Assembly (NCBI GenBank): GCA_023213395.1
Contig: CM041465.1
Span: 126,797,741 to 126,861,740, forward strand
Origin: Cycas panzhihuaensis
Lineage: Eukaryota > Plantae > Cycadophyta
Length of the DNA stretch: 64,000 nt
Reading direction: 5' to 3'
Below the pieces are notes generated by a model. It was not told where the DNA came from. It ran no database searches and saw only the letters and a list, made by a program, of their open reading frames with translations. The position numbers and the translations under genes are program-made. Below are positions 53,200 to 64,000 of this stretch, one piece after another (the stretch's first letter is position 1; each line of letters opens with the position of its first letter).

Positions 53200-54540
53200 C
53201 CTAATATGACTTTTCATGTTGGACTTGGTATGAGATTTTGAATGAAAGGTATTATATTAAAGAAATACAGACCCTTATAAAGTGCTCCCACTTGTTGTTT
53301 TTCTACATTGTGGCCCTTTTCATGAGTTTCATTGAGAATCATGATCCATATGAGGGATGGTTATGTAAGGCTACATTATTTGCTCTTACTTTCTTATTTT
53401 GTATGCTTTCTTATACGAGTCTTTATTTTTTTGAGTTATATCTTTTAACTTGAGTTTGCATTTAGGAACTTACCTTAAATGAATAATATTCTCTTTTAGT
53501 ATTAAGTGGTATGTACCAATGGTTCTTTTTACATTTACTTTAATATAATATAAGATATTATCTTGCATAAGACTTATTTTTATCAAATAAATTATCATCA
53601 ACAAAAGGAAGCTTTTTGTAGAAAGTGAAGTTGTAGGAGCTATAACATTTCTCTCTTTCCCACCTTGAATTTCTTCCATATAGCATCTTCCTATGTAATC
53701 ATCACCTGCATTGATACTTCCTACACTATAGTCACTTTTAAGACTAACTTTCTATACACAAAACATTTAATGCAAAGAACACTTTAGCAAGTATAATAAG
53801 ATTTATGCTTTGAATTCCTTCTGACTATTGATTTCACTTTAGTTCCAGAAATTGATTTGGCATTATAATTCTATTGAACTCATCCATTTGATGCCTCTAA
53901 GAAATTTCTTCATGAATACTATCAAGTAATGATATAAAAAACTTCATTATAGTATAAACCTTATTAATACCACCTTTGTAATTGGTGTCTAAGAAAACAT
54001 ATTTTTTATTGCTATATCCTAAAGGAGTAATAAGCACATAATAGATGTAGGCCAAAATAATAGATTTAATATGACTTGAAGGATCCTACCTAGGTGTCCC
54101 TATGAACTTTAGAATATCAAAAGAAGGGGATCAATTATACAAGAGAACCTTAGGTAAAATAGGATTCCTCTTAGACTCTTCCTTTAACCTTTTCCTTAAA
54201 GAAGAAGTGGATTTGTGATGAATTATAAATATAGGTTTAGGAGGTCCCCCAAAAGTAATATGTCCTTAAGAGGGAGGAGGTTGAACTAATGAAATATTAG
54301 TGTTTGGTTAGGTAGTTTGATATATATAGTTTACCCCTTATAAATGATTGTTAACTGGGTGGAGTGGGTCTAACTACTAGTGGAGAGGTTCTAATTGGGC
54401 TTAATAAGCCCTAAATGTCATAATGTATGAAACTAGGTGTTGTTATAGCTTCTACCACTCATCCTCCTAAATTATTATGAAAATTAAACATTGAATTAGA
54501 AGAGAAGATATACTCATACTCAAATCATTATTGAGTATTT
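53200..54540 (-). pseudogene. Degraded Ty3/gypsy-type gag
   Basis: Pro-rich N-terminus followed by FDILKFIGTPR*DPSSHIKS, resembling the gag motif PKF.G..EDP..HI. Confidence 0.55.
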
Positions 54541-55299
54541 TATGAAGTTGAAGAATTCTAAATGCCATTACCTTGAAAAAAGACAAAGACTTATAAGATA
54601 AAATCCATGGAATCTTTTAGGTCATATTAAAACTTAAAAGTACCAAAAGTCCATGGTCAAATGGATAGACCTACTAACTGATTAATAATCTTAGGAACTT
54701 TAGAAATACAATAATTACAGGCTCAAGAAGTTCTTGTATATAGGAACATGATTATCTATCCTATGACAATTTTAGAAGATCTAATAGTACAATAGTTATA
54801 AGGCAAAAAAAATCTAAGAAACTAGGAGGAATGAAACTAACAAAAAATGAGATGATGCCTTAGATCTAGGTTAAGTAGGTCTAGTAGCTCCTTAGTATGG
54901 TCATTGGTGATGTTCCCTCCTTAGAAAGGGCCTTGATATGTGCCCAAGAAATTTAGAGGAAACCATGAATAGCATCTATTGAAAGGGAAGTATGGGTATG
55001 CATATATGAGATGAACTAAATGATATCAAAGATAGAATCCTAACTAAAATATAAGATAAATAAATAAACAAAAGTAAATAAATTGGACAAGTAACTTAAA
55101 ATAGAATAAATAATATTAGAAACATACTAATCATAATCCTAAAAGCTAGACTTAGAGATAAGTGGACTACCTAAACTAAGCATGAGACATTTGGACCATA
55201 ATTGACACCTAATCTAGTAAGTAAACTATAAGGGACTCCTACAAGTAGAGTATGCCTACATCTAACTATCTTATATGAGATAAAGTAAGTGTTGGGTTA

Positions 55300-56500
55300 T
55301 CTTAAATGCTCAAGTTTAGTAGCTTCAAAGTTGTACTAAACAATGTCAGAATATGGTGAAATTACACCAAATTGAATATCAATAAAAAAAACTTTTCAAT
55401 AGAACTGACCGTTTTGAAAACGAGTTCCTACAAGTCAATATTTTAATGAACAAAAGATACAATCCTCTTTTTGAGGCTTAATGGGAGCCTAGGGCTCAAA
55501 ATATTATAAAAATGCTAGTAAAAAATTTATAGAGTGATAAAAAAGATCAAATATAGTTTAGAGAGTTGCTTAATATATTTTCAGTTAAAAAATTTAAAAA
55601 AATAATATATGTAAATATGCAATAATGATAAATTGGAGGCTATTATGTACTTCAACTTTGATGGCTTTAAAAATCTACAAAAACACTCTAAAACTTATAA
55701 ATAATAGTTTTATTTCGAAGAGGAGTGAGTCAACTTCCCAACGAAACTAATAGATCTAAATTCTAATGTAAAACATAACAGTTATAATAGAAATGGTAGC
55801 AAGTACTTTTATATTAAAATATTTAAAAACGCTAAAGTGTCACTTTCACCTATTAAAATAATGATTAAAATAAATACTAAAAAATAAAATGAATAGATGG
55901 TGATAAAGTTTGCTGATAATAGATAACTGCAGAATGGATCCAGGTAGAAAATAATCTACCGGTGACAAAATATAATTTAATAAAAAAAGGATTTTGTGAA
56001 AATAGTTTAAAATAACTTTAAAAATCAACAAGCGACTTTAAATAGGACATATGACTAGTTGAAATTATACCTCAGAAAATTTTAAACTCAATGGGATAGG
56101 TTTCATCAGAAACTGATAACCCAGTGAAGAGATATAGGAAAAAATAACTAAGTACCTTATGTTTTTAAAATAATTTTTAAAAAAATAAAAAATAAAATGT
56201 TATATCCTTAAGATAACCCCCTTAGATTATCAACCTAATGGTAGACTGGGCAGGGATTGAACCCAAGACCTCACAAAAGATAAACCCCTATGATTCTAAG
56301 AGGGTGAACTCGCTCATCAAATTTAAAATACAAGAAATTTTTATATGAAATAAGGGGTCCCTTAATCACTTAATATAAATAGATTTGAAACTTTATGCAA
56401 TTTAATTTTATTGAAATAAACTTTATAAGAGATATGTGAGTCAAAAATGTCATCATTGACTTTGTTACACAGAGAATACAAGGTGTGAACAATCGCTAGA
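55300..56500 (-). other. Retroelement non-coding leader resembling the copia C leader (22500-23400)
   Basis: Shared motifs such as cgttttc.aaacggt..ttg.aaag.ttttt and ttataaagtttattt in opposite orientation. Confidence 0.5.
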
Positions 56501-57062
56501 ATCGATTGAATCACGCCTGACTGATTGGAGATAGGTCACAAGGAGGACACCTTTGAACAAAACAAAAAGGAAAATAAAATTTCATAAAACCCAGATATAT
56601 TTACGTTCATAACATTGAAGTGATGCAATGTTGAGGATAAGCATCCAACTTGCAACTTCTTTATTACATATGGTGGTAGACAGTGCCGCCAATCAGATAA
56701 ACATGCATGGAAGATAACACTTCAATCGATAGTATGGCAGATGAATTGATTAAAATTGAGCACCCTCGATAATATAATGTATGACGTCAAATTTTGGCTA
56801 ATATCTTAGGTTTCTAGAAGATCCCCATGTTGTTGACAATTAGAGGTGAGAAACTGGCATTGCTATTTGGATTGTCGATCCTTTAACGATTGTAGAAGAA
56901 CAAGTTATTCTTATATCTTCAAAGGAGGATGATATTCAATTACGGTCAATAGTAGAAAATGCTCTTTTACATGCAGCAACAATCTTATTTAACATAGGGG
57001 AATAATTAGATGGAAGAATCAGGGGGGAAAGATGGTTCTATATGAATGCCCTGAGTGAAACG

Positions 57063-57161
57063 ATGGCGAATTCTCCTGGAGGAGATGTGGAGATTCTGTG
57101 CAAGACTCTTCAGGTCAAACATAAGCTCTTTTATTTCAATCTCAAGGAAAACCTGAAGGGG
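57063..57161 (+). pseudogene. PURA1: Pur-alpha-1 N-terminal fragment
   Basis: MANSPGGDVEILCKTLQVKHKLFYFNLKENLKG versus plant Pur-alpha DVELVSKTLQVEHKLFYFDLKENPRG. Confidence 0.9.
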
Positions 57162-57688
57162 GAAGAATGGTGGATGAAAGGCATTCGTAGTGCCAGTGCC
57201 TAGCGATTTGGGTTTGAGAGTCAACAAACATGTCCTTGTTCCTGTATTAAAGGATTAAATTGTAACTATAACCAGTGTCTTATTAGAATAACAATGGCTC
57301 ATTTACTGGGGAAAGGTTTTGATGGGGATGCCTTCATGCAACATGTGACTATCTTGCACTGTTTTCACACACAATGATGGATATCACACACATGATGCCA
57401 CCAGGGTTTAAAAAAAAAAGAAAATCTAAATTGAGTATTAGACCTACTGACAAAGCAATCGATGAACTACTAATGATATCATATGCTTCACCTATATTTT
57501 ATGAATCAAATTCAAGGGTTCAAATAAAATGGCAATCGTCATTGTTAGGGAAGAATTAGTAAGAACTACCAAGTGATATCGTGTGTTTTGCCTATAAAAT
57601 ACCTTCGTTTTGAGGTTAAGGCTTAGCGTAGGAAAGAGGTGAAGGTGAGCTTACTAATTAGTCATTATCCTTTTAACAGGAAAGATTC

Positions 57689-57931
57689 ATGTCAGATCCA
57701 GACGTTTAGATTCCTAGGGCCTTTGATCCATTCATGAAGGGAAATGCTGAAGATTCAGGTGCTGGATCCAAGGAATATGTTCATGTGCGCATACAATAGC
57801 GTAACGATGGAGAGAGTCTAACAACAGTGCAGGGCTTAAAGAAAGAGTTTAGTTTCAATAAGATTCTTAAATACTTGAAGAAAGAATTTTGTTATAATGG
57901 GACTGTTGTCCAAGATCCTAAGCTGGGTTAA
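57689..57931 (+). pseudogene. SUI1: Translation initiation factor eIF1/SUI1 fragment (first ~81 codons)
   Basis: MSDPDV*IPRAFDPFMKGNAEDSGAGSKEYVHVRIQ*RNDGESLTTVQGLKKEFSFNKILKYLKKEFCYNGTVVQDPKLG*; C-terminus missing. Confidence 0.95.
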
Positions 57932-58039
57932 GTAGAAACATCATGCAGGGGGAGCGAGAGGATTAGAGATGTGTTAGAAGATTATTTAGAAGAATTGCAT
58001 GTTAAACATATAATTTGCAAGAATTAAAAATAAAAAGGA

Positions 58040-58120
58040 AAGGTTGTTAACGATGTGGTAGTAAGGGTGCCATGTTATTTTGGGCAGGCAAAGATAATTA
58101 GTGTGCTCAATGCAGCTCAA
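58040..58120 (+). pseudogene. HSP70-17/Grp170 (HYOU1)-like fragment
   Basis: KVVNDVVVRVPCYFGQAKIISVLNAAQ resembles VKDVVISVPPYFGQAERRGLIQASQ; the match is short. Confidence 0.65.
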
Positions 58121-58481
58121 AGTAGCTTTATAAGGGAGAATACCAAATACCAGGCTCGGGGAAATGGGTGTACGACAGTTTTGGCCAAGGCAATTGGATC
58201 GAGGTATTATAGTTATTTTTCAATGAATCAACTTAAATAAAGGGTGATAAAAGTGGTCTTAAGCCCCCAAAACAACCAAAGCCATAAAAATACAAATAAT
58301 ATATACTGTAGTGAGTGAAATTATCACAACACCAAAAAGGTTTAAAAATAGAAACAAGTATTGGAGACATAAGAAGATAATATAGTGACACAATAGAGCC
58401 ACAAACAAAATAAAAAAAAAAATCAAATAGAATAGAGAAATATATACATAATCGAAAAAATTCTAAATATAACAGAGAAAT

Positions 58482-58603
<122 letters not shown>

Positions 58604-58821
58604 GAATATAATGTACAAAGAACCTAGTAATATCACCGTGACAAATTCACAAAAGATGATTTCAGAGTGTGAGAACGTCTTGATCAATGGTCAAAACTCT
58701 AAACCGTGTTCTCTAGTAGACATGTGAGTTTGCTAGGATTCTAACAAGCAGACATATGTAACTATTCTGCTAGATGTATGAGAAGCTAGATTAATATGAA
58801 TAAATATCAAACATCTCTTTG

Positions 58822-58873
58822 GCTTTGATACCAAATGTAGGAAAATATACATGCCCAAATGACTCTGATACCA
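58822..58873 (-). promoter_or_regulatory. Two tandem tRNA-Met PBS motifs
   Basis: gctttgatacca 58822-58833 and actctgatacca 58862-58873, each followed by aa-TG. Confidence 0.85.
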
Positions 58874-58875
58874 AA

Positions 58876-59207
58876 TGATGGATTCAGAGGAGCAGAGTAG
58901 GACGTTAGATCAAGTCCATTTTGAGAAAATAGGTGATTTCTGATTATTGGCAGTGTTTCAAGACACTAGGGTTACACAACCCTCCAAATATATAGCTTGG
59001 GGGAGGAGGGAAACTCCTCAACCCCTAGAATTCAAATAATAATAAAATATTATAAACTTAACTCAAAATAACTTAACTCAAATCAACTTAACCTTACCTT
59101 TTACTTACCTTCACATGTTGAGCACCCACATGTATAAATTGGTAAGAGTAGGGTGTGCACTCCTAGTTGAAAGGTGGGAGTGGGGTGATGATCATTAACC
59201 CCATTCA
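58876..59207 (-). repeat. LTR, inverted copy of 60193-60523
   Basis: Reverse-complement match over the full ~330 bp. Confidence 0.95.
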
Positions 59208-60523
59208 TCATATTTTAAAGTTTATTCTAAATGCACACAGTTATTGAAAGTATTTTTTCTATTTATCATTGTTGAAAAATTCATTTCCCTATCACACTTA
59301 TAAACGTTGCATCTAGTTTATTTAATTTCTAAAGGCATCTTTTATTTTTTCAAAGGGAATTACATTTCTTTCAAAGAGTATATTTGAAATTATATAAGTT
59401 TATTAATTTATTGAGTTCTTTGACTTGGTAAAAGCATGTCTTTTTTATGTACAAAATTTTTTTTTTTATTCAAATGGCAATCAATCTTAATAAAGTATAA
59501 TTTCCTATATTTGATGGCCATAATTTCTCACAATAGCATAAAATAATACACAATTATTTCATCACAAATGATCTTTAGAAATACTTACAAAATGAATATG
59601 ATCTTACTATTAAAGAAAACTTTAAAAAGGATAATGAAATCTTAGGAATATTATTTTGCACTATAGATGATAATGTGTTTTCTAAAGTTTATGAACTAAT
59701 AACTTCCAAATATGTATGGGACATCTTAATTTCTACTTATGGGGGAGATACCCTCAATGAATTTAACATTGATATTATTGAGCATGTGAGACAGGTGCTA
59801 AAGCAGGTGGATTGTAATTAAAAGACCAAGGAAAATTTAAGTTAAATGCATGATCATCTTGTTACACAAGTACCTGATCCTCCATTTGAGAGGGAGGAAT
59901 CTTATGATATGGTAGAGGAGAGATCTTATGATATGATAGTTGCTCACAACATAAAGACTTTAAAAGACAAAGTTAAAGTTCCAGAAGATAAAGTTAAAGT
60001 TGCAACCATACTTCCACATTCACATCAAGCTACATTTACTTAGAGATTTTTTGCACCACTCAATTGTAAAAGGATGAGGCAAGTTAATAAAGATCAATCT
60101 AAGAGATAGATTTTAAAAGTTTTTTTTAAAGTACAAATTTCATAAGTTTAAAGAGAAGACAAGTTGTTAGTGATGACCATTAAGGGTGAGAATGTTGGGA
60201 TTAATGATCATCATCCCACTTCCACCTTTCAACCAGGATTGCACACCCCACTCTCACCAATTTACACATGTGGGTGTTCAATATGTGAAGGTAAGTAAAA
60301 GGTAAGGTTAAGTTGATTTGAGTTAAGATATTTTGAGTTAAGTTTGTAATGTTCTATTATTATTTGAATTCTAGGGGTTGAAGAGTTTTCCTCGTCCCCC
60401 AAGCTATATATTTGGAGGGGTGTGCAACCTTAGTATTTTTAAACACTGCCAATAATCAGAAATCACGTGTTTTCTTAAAATGCACTTAATCTAACGTCTT
60501 GCTCTGCTCCTCTGAATCCATCA
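59208..60523 (+). mobile_element. Non-autonomous mini-copia: leader, gag N-terminus, deleted pol, PPT and 3' LTR (60193-60523)
   Basis: Gag MAINLNKV*FPIFDGHNFSQ*..NDL*KYLQ from 59474; PPT taagggtgagaa; LTR tgttgg..ccatca. Confidence 0.8.
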
Positions 60524-62199
60524 GTAAGGAGATCAAATCATATTCTTTTAATGTATAAGACTAGCATGCTAAGGTCATGAATTAATTTATCTCCTAAAAA
60601 AGTTGTAATTTGAAAGGAGTAATTGAGGAAAATCTAATCAAGAGTGTAAGACAACTGCTTATTCTTTGAATCTCATATGATTTGGAGAATAACACTCCTC
60701 TCCTAAGATAAAAAATGATTTGGAAAATATAAGCATGAAAAGGAAATAAAGGGAAAAAAGTAACTTCAAATTGAAATAAGAAGCAATTGCTAATTTGATT
60801 ATAGAATCATACAACAAAAACTAAACATACAACCAATCAAACTATATGCACAAGAAAGAAAAGTATGAATTTGAAGTTGTAGTTATAATTTACTCTAGCC
60901 CATGTTAAATAAAATGTGTTTCACTTTGAAAATAGTAAATAAATAGGTAGCTATAGGGTTGGGAATAAGGTGGGAAAACTAGAAAGTATAGGTGCTTGAA
61001 ATCACTCCTCAATGAGGTTAAGTTGTTATTTTATATTACCATTTCTAAACTCTAATATGTCAATCCTATTTCTTACCAAATAGATTAGTAAGCAAAGCAT
61101 ATAAATCAAAGATAAAGAGGAGATAAACATGAAAGAGAAAATTAAACTAACTATCAAAATTATCAAATAAATAGTCAAATAAAATGCACCTCGATGATAC
61201 TTACCAATTATATAATGAAATAAGAATCATATCCTTCATATTTGAGAAAAATATTACAAAAAACTAAGACATCCACCAAAACCTAAAAAAATTGTCAAAT
61301 AACAAAGTATATATAATGCTAAAATGAATCTAAATAACATATGAAATCTACCCAATAGAAATCCAAGATAAGATTATTAAACCTATGGAAATTCTAGTAG
61401 CATTTCTACTACAAATGAAAATTTTCCAACAAGGTGACAAATGTAATCCACTTGGTAATACTATATAACAAATATTAACTTAAAAGGAATTAGACTAAAA
61501 TTAAATAATTCTAAGAAACTTAAGCAACTTCAATGGCTACACTAAAAGAATTTCTAAGAAATATAATGAATGCCATACTAAATCTTATTAAGAAAGAGAT
61601 AACATGTCATTGTTGTTACTTAAACTATGCCTAGTATTAATCCAAATAATAGGAAAATACACAACTCATTAGTGTATCCACTTACATAAATTAAGATACC
61701 CTAGTATGTTTATTGCACTGTAAATTACCCCTTTGATTAGTACATATTTTTAATTAATAGAACTGATTACTTCTGTTATAGGGTAAATTAGGAGATGATG
61801 GGTGAAGGTTAGAGAAGAGAAGGTAGGTGTAATTACAACTTATTTCTTACTAGCAATCAATAAATATACAAAATATTTTCATTAACACCAACTTAGGAAA
61901 TAAAACCATATATTGTATATTCTGAATACTTAATATTAAGGACAATCTAATGTAATTAACTAAGCTAATCCATCATTTATATACCCTTTAAGATTGAGCT
62001 TTGAGAGTAAAATAACAATGAATAATCATATTATGCATATAATCCATGGTGCAAAATATCCCTAAAATTTCAAAGAACTAACTCATTCATCAATAATTTA
62101 TGAAACGTATTTCATAACATATTGGAAAAAAATGAAGTTATTTGCTAAAATTTAAAAGAATAGGATTACATCTAAAAATGGCTTGTATAATTCTTGTTT

Positions 62200-62440
62200 G
62201 CTTAGGATAGGGCTTTAACCCAACATAAAGGGAATAGGAAATTAGATAATTAGAAGCATTTATCTTGAAATAATTACTAAAGTGTCTTTAAGCTCTCCTT
62301 TTTTATTCATTACCTACTTGTTCCTATCTATTCTTGTTTCATAGACATATTACCAATTTTGGATAAAATGTCCATGCTTTTCTTTGCTCTTATCCTTACT
62401 TGTTGCTATTTCATTCTTAAATTTAAGGAAATCTCTAATT
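62200..62440 (-). repeat. Partial third copy of the unknown-ORF repeat
   Basis: Matches ~33880-34120 (ttcattacct..ctattc..ctcttatc.ttact..attcttaaatttaaggaaa). Confidence 0.75.
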
Positions 62441-62659
62441 TAGATATGCAAGGATTTAAGTATAGTCTAGGATAACAAATATAAGGATGAAGATGAAACT
62501 ATTTTGCCAAGATCTTCAAAGTTCACAACATGTTATCTATTTATAGATCAAATTATCCATATCTCAATATATATAAACATTGAAGAATTAGATTTAATGA
62601 TCTATTTTATTGTATAATTTGGATTAAATTTTTATCATGTTGATCAATTTAATTCATGG

Positions 62660-64000
62660 TTACATAATAATATCTTCTCAATGAAATATACCTCTAAAGA
62701 TAAGGTTTGCAAAGTTATTATTGATAGTGGTAACTATGTGAATATGGTTTTTAATGAGATACTAGAAAAACTAGGCTTGTATTATAAAAGATATCCTACT
62801 TCCTACCAAATTTCTTGGGTCAAAAAAGGGAGTGAGGTACGTATGGATAAGAGGCATTTGGTAAAATTTACCATTAAGAATACATATCAAAATGAGGTAT
62901 AATATGATGTTCTTGCAATGAATGCATGCCATGTTTTTTGAGGGAGGCTATGACAATATAATAGGAGTGTATATTATGACAAAAGGAAGAATACTCATAA
63001 CTTTTAAAAGGATGGTCTGAAAGTGGTGATGTTGTGTATGAAGGAAGAAGTGCAAGTAGAGACTATGTTGATAATAAAGGAATTTATGAGAGAAGTAAAG
63101 CTGACTAATATTTTTATTATGCCTTAATGGAAAGGAGGTTAAGGAAGAGGATGTACATATACCAGATGAGGCAACAAGCATACTAATAAAGTATATAGAT
63201 GTGATATGAGATGAGTTATTAGATGGATCACCACCTATGAGGGACATCTAATATCACACCAACCTGACTCTAGGACGAACCCTACTAAATTAACTAATCC
63301 ATAGAATGAGACCAATAGAGAATATAGAATTAAACAAACAAGTGAGTGAGTTAATAAGGAATGGTATGGCGAGGGAGAGATTAAGTCCATATATGACTCT
63401 TATATTATTGGCTCTAAAGAAATATGGTAGTTGGAGCATGTATTTCGATTATAAGGTAATAAAAAAGATTACCATCAAGTATACATTTCCTATACCTTGA
63501 ATGGATAACAGGATGGATGTGCTTAAAGGAGCTTTATCCTTCATGAAGATTGACCCAAAAGTGACTATTATTATATTCAAATTTAAGAAGGATATCATTG
63601 AAAATTTATCTTCAAAACCAAGGATGACTTGTATGAGTAAATGGTTATACTATTTATAATGTATAATTCACCAAGAATATTTATAAGGATGATGAACACA
63701 ATGATGAAATATTGTATTAGTAAGTTTATTGTGATCTATTTTGATGATTTTTTGATAGTTAGTAAAATTAAGTAATACCTAATGCACTTGAAGAAGGTAT
63801 TTGAGTTATTAAGGAAGGAGAAACTATATGCAAACTTAAAGAAATATAGATTCATGTAAAGGGGATTAGTATATTTAGGTATTTTTATTTCTCAATAAGG
63901 ATTTTAAATGGATTAAGATATGATCACAATAATTATTGAGTAGCCTACTCCACAAACTATGACAAAGGTAAGGAGCTTTAATGGGTTAGCTATTATTTAC
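62660..64000 (+). pseudogene. CRM-like Ty3/gypsy protease-RT remnant, running off the window end
   Basis: VCKVIIDSGNYVNMV..EKLGL..YPTSYQISWVKKG..DVLAMNACH; LALKKYGSWSMYFDY..ITIKYTFPIP; FIVIYFDDFLI. Confidence 0.9.

Noticed and set aside
57006-57227. 73-aa minus-strand ORF
   Set aside because: Antisense shadow of the Pur-alpha fragment.
58876-60523. DIRS element or DNA transposon with terminal inverted repeats
   Set aside because: The repeats have TG..CA ends, a PBS and a PPT, and enclose copia gag; no tyrosine recombinase or transposase is present.

Overview
AT-rich, CpG-depleted plant nuclear DNA, probably gymnosperm-like (an inference), made almost entirely of old nested LTR retrotransposons decayed by C>T/G>A transitions. 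No intact host gene was found. Structures resolved by eye: (1) a full Ty1/copia element (21273-29413) inserted in a chromoviral Ty3/gypsy; (2) a nest in which a deleted copia hosts a copia (36122-50562), which in turn hosts a gypsy (41648-48314) and a solo LTR (40310-40887), each insertion with a recognisable target-site duplication (TSD); (3) further truncated copia and gypsy copies. Four observations stand out. First, two mosaic cassettes of short host fragments lie just downstream of a tRNA-Met primer-binding site (PBS) in retroelement leaders: pyruvate decarboxylase (PDC) x2 in scrambled order, the 26S rRNA 5' end and a PLS-PPR piece in one; Pur-alpha, eIF1/SUI1 and an HSP70-17-like piece in the other. 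Second, a YQQGG-type prion-like heptad repeat, hidden by stop codons, follows the Gag zinc knuckle in two copia copies. Third, a ~410-bp non-coding block sits just upstream of gag in two copia elements with dissimilar LTRs. Fourth, a pair of inverted LTRs with a doubled PBS surrounds a mini-copia. Coordinates were read by eye; ends of degraded regions are approximate, and protein assignments come from recalled family motifs, not database searches.
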